Positions 60,266-62,954 of a DNA stretch of 62,954 nt are shown here, one piece after another. The stretch lies in contig JARXPE010000004.1 in NCBI GenBank assembly GCA_029887795.1, positions 1-62,954 on the forward strand. The letters run 5' to 3'. The DNA is from Thermoproteota archaeon (GTDB lineage: Archaea > Thermoproteota > Methanomethylicia > Methanomethylicales > Methanomethylicaceae). The translations under genes and the position numbers were made by a program. Every line of letters starts with the position of its first letter. Position 1 is the stretch's first letter. The notes beneath the pieces are model-generated. The model ran no database searches. It had not been told where the DNA came from and worked only from the letters and a program-made list of their open reading frames with translations.

Positions 60266-62954
60266 TTACGGTTGTACCCTCCTTAGTATTAATATGATGG
60301 AGCCCAATGCAACGATTACCAAAATGACTATTATGTACAAGGTGTAGTCAACTGGAAGCTTGATTGTGAAGGACCAAGTGGCGGTTGCAGTATTTCCTGA
60401 GGTATCTTTTACAGTTAGAGAGACGATATGACTACCTTCTTCAAGCGTCGTGAAATAGGTTATGCTGACTGGTGTGACTATTGAGTATGCGGTCACATCC
60501 CTTCCATCCAACTTTAATGTTATTGATGTAGTATTTATTCCGACGTCATCTGAATAGGATGCATTAATTGTTATTGATTTAATGGAGAGGATTGTTCCAT
60601 TGAGAGGCGAGATGATGAATATCTTAGGAGGCGTAATGTCGGGAAGCTTGATTGTGAAGGACCAGGTGGCGGTTGCAGTATTTCCTGAGGTATCTTTTAC
60701 AGTTAGAGAGACGATATGACTACCAACATCAAATGTTGCTGCATATTCCACATAGGAGTTGTTCAGCTTAGTTGGAATTACTATACTGTCATCAATTGAG
60801 AGGATTATTGAAGATACATCGATTCCCACATCATCTGAGTAATGGGCATTAATTGCCACTGCTGTATCATATATGAGAGCTCCATTGGATGGATATACAG
60901 AATATATGGTCGGTGGTTTTATGTCGGGAAGCTTGATTGTGAAGGACCAGGTGGCGGTTGCAGTATTTCCTGAGGTATCCTTCACCTCAAAGTAGACTGA
61001 ATGGACTCCTTCGGAGATATCTGCGATTGGTGTATATATCACCATGGAGGAGTTTAGGATAGCCAAAGAGGTTACATCAACTCCATCAAGCAATAATCTA
61101 ATGCTAAATAGGGCTATTCCCACATCGTCCGAGTATTTCACTGTTATGAGGGGTCTCTTCTCGGCTACGGTCCCTTCTGGGGAGAACGAGGCTATTGTGG
61201 GAGGAGTGGTGTCTGGTGCGAGAGTTTTTGCACCTACGGCAAAGTATGAGAAGCCGGGCGAGACTGCCTCGAAGTAGTAGTAATCATCGTCCTGGGAGAC
61301 TAAGGATGTGGGGAGTCCGGTCCATGTGGTGTCAAGGCGGTAGAGCTGGACGGAGGAAGGATCGAGCCCCAGAGAGGAGAGAGTTGCCTTCGAGACCCTG
61401 AACTTGATGGTGGCTTGGGTGACGGCACCGGAGGGGACGTTGACCTCGATCTTTATGAAAGATGTGGGAGTTACTCCCGCCGGGAGCGGTACGGAAGTGG
61501 GGTTCTCAGAGTACTCCTCGGTGGTGACTTGGAGGGACGGGAATGACTCGTTCGTAACGAGTTCTATTGTCCTCACTGAAGCTGCGGGTGCCTGGGTGCC
61601 TACGTCCACAGTGGTGGGGGTGTTAGCGGCTATGGACAGGATTATGGAAGCGGTAGTGCCGGATACAGGTGTCGGTGCTGGAGGCGGTGGTGGAGGTGGT
61701 GGTGGAGGTGCGGGTATTGAGACTGTAAAGGACCAAGTCTTTGTCGCTTGGTTACCGACTGTGTCTTTCACGGAGACGTAGACTGTGTGGGAGCCCTCGC
61801 TGAGCCCTGCCGGGGTGTAAGTGAACCCGGTCTGAGTTACGGTGGAACTGGAAGTCACGTCAACACCATCCACCTTTACGATAACCGAGGCTGCGTCAAC
61901 GGCAACATTGTCGGAGAAGGAGGCGCTTATGGTGGGCGTAGTTGTAGTTACGGTGGAGCCGTCGGCGGGTGAGAGTGAGGATATGGTTGGTGGGACTGTA
62001 TCGGGTATGGCGACTAGGAATGTCCACTGAGTCGTCGCGCGGTTATTCAATGTGTCGTTCACGGACAGGTAGACTGTGTAGTAGCTCCCGTTAGTCAGGG
62101 CAGGCGGCGTATAAGTTATTCCAGATGCGGTGACGGTAGACGCCGAAGTGACGTCGCTACCATTGATGAGGATCCTGACTGACGATACAGATATGCCGTT
62201 TGGATCGGAGTAGCTGGCGGATATAGTGGGGGTAAGGGTCGTGATTGTGCTACCAGGCGTGGGTGTCAGGGAGTGTATGAGGGGCACACCCACATCAACA
62301 CCGAATGTCCAATTGGACCATGCCCTGTTGCCAGCAACGTCGCCGACCCAGAGGGCTATGCTGTGGGATCCGTCTGAGAGGTTGGCGGCGGGTGTGTAGG
62401 AGATCCCGGTCGGACCAACCGTTGCGAGTCCGGTGACGTCCACACCGTCCACGTAGAGTCTTATGGAGGGTACAGATATTCCAGAGACGGTGTCGGTGTA
62501 GTTGCAAGATATGGTTGGGCGGTTGTTTCCTGTAACGGTGTTGTTGGCTGGAGAAAGCGATGAAGTTGTGGGCGGGGTTGTGTCTACGAAGAAGATAATT
62601 GCGAAGGTGGCTGTGTTGCCCTGCGAGTCTGGTACGGTCACAGTGGCATTGTGGGGGCCGTCGGGGAGGGTTATAGTGTAGTTAATAGTCCATCCAGTCG
62701 CAGAGCCTCCCGAGACTGACGGAACCTTTGTGATGCCATCAACCTTGAAGACCACGCCAGCGGTGTTCACGGATGATACAGTGTCGTTCACCAAGAGTGT
62801 TATGTTGACTGAGTGAGTCGAGAGGTAGGAATTGTTAGCGGGCGTGTAGGAGATCAAGTATGGTGGCATCGAGTCTACGGTGAAGTACCATGTAGTGGAG
62901 TTCATGTTGTTGGACGTGTCGTTCACGGAGACGTATACGGTATGAGAGCCTTGT
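60266..62954 (-). CDS. large cell-surface protein with Ig-like repeats, poly-Pro linker, PGF-pre-PGF domain and C-terminal TM anchor (5' end outside window)
   Basis: Frame open to the window edge; repeated DTxPP...D..GN.A...WSF units; PAPPPPPPPPPPAP; SPGFSYFAVG; TM helix followed by RR. Confidence 0.88.
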   Translation of the reverse strand, partial: QGSHTVYVSVNDTSNNMNSTTWYFTVDSMPPYLISYTPANNSYLSTHSVNITLLVNDTVSSVNTAGVVFKVDGITKVPSVSGGSATGWTINYTITLPDGPHNATVTVPDSQGNTATFAIIFFVDTTPPTTSSLSPANNTVTGNNRPTISCNYTDTVSGISVPSIRLYVDGVDVTGLATVGPTGISYTPAANLSDGSHSIALWVGDVAGNRAWSNWTFGVDVGVPLIHSLTPTPGSTITTLTPTISASYSDPNGISVSSVRILINGSDVTSASTVTASGITYTPPALTNGSYYTVYLSVNDTLNNRATTQWTFLVAIPDTVPPTISSLSPADGSTVTTTTPTISASFSDNVAVDAASVIVKVDGVDVTSSSTVTQTGFTYTPAGLSEGSHTVYVSVKDTVGNQATKTWSFTVSIPAPPPPPPPPPPAPTPVSGTTASIILSIAANTPTTVDVGTQAPAASVRTIELVTNESFPSLQVTTEEYSENPTSVPLPAGVTPTSFIKIEVNVPSGAVTQATIKFRVSKATLSSLGLDPSSVQLYRLDTTWTGLPTSLVSQDDDYYYFEAVSPGFSYFAVGAKTLAPDTTPPTIASFSPEGTVAEKRPLITVKYSDDVGIALFSIRLLLDGVDVTSLAILNSSMVIYTPIADISEGVHSVYFEVKDTSGNTATATWSFTIKLPDIKPPTIYSVYPSNGALIYDTAVAINAHYSDDVGIDVSSIILSIDDSIVIPTKLNNSYVEYAATFDVGSHIVSLTVKDTSGNTATATWSFTIKLPDITPPKIFIISPLNGTILSIKSITINASYSDDVGINTTSITLKLDGRDVTAYSIVTPVSITYFTTLEEGSHIVSLTVKDTSGNTATATWSFTIKLPVDYTLYIIVILVIVALGSIILILRRVQP
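60354..60979. repeat. three near-identical intragenic repeats (60354..60436, 60642..60724, 60927..60979)
   Basis: GGAAGCTTGATTGTGAAGGACCA(A/G)GTGGCGGTTGCAGTATTTCCTGAGGTATC core, spaced 288 and 285 bp, encoding DTSGNTATATWSFTIKLP. Confidence 0.9.

Overview
Archaeal chromosome segment (TACK-like gene content; a Methanomethylicia/Bathyarchaeia-type host is an inference). It carries a tRNA-processing cluster (trm11-like, rnz, thpR, cca), an IS200/IS605-type tnpB element, a decayed island at tRNA-Pro, eno and pncB, replication/repair genes (intein-containing hel308, mcm, gins, rfcS/L, cdc6), moa/mob genes, a por-type four-gene operon, four tRNA genes, a type IV pilus locus with a 1494-aa pilin-like protein, and a truncated Ig-repeat surface protein. 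Main finding: the apparent frameshift in the PflX-like radical SAM gene (729..1840, minus) is a 20-nt insertion (1364..1383) that folds as a bulge-helix-bulge (BHB) intron. Cutting at the standard endonuclease positions restores the frame (PSFTVFSLGCNFRCLHC) just before the Fe-S motif, so this is a candidate spliced archaeal mRNA other than cbf5. That gene and hel308 also appear to start at AUC and AUU. tRNA-His carries two BHB introns, one at the unusual 9/10 position. All calls come from manual reading of the sequence; no database searches were run.
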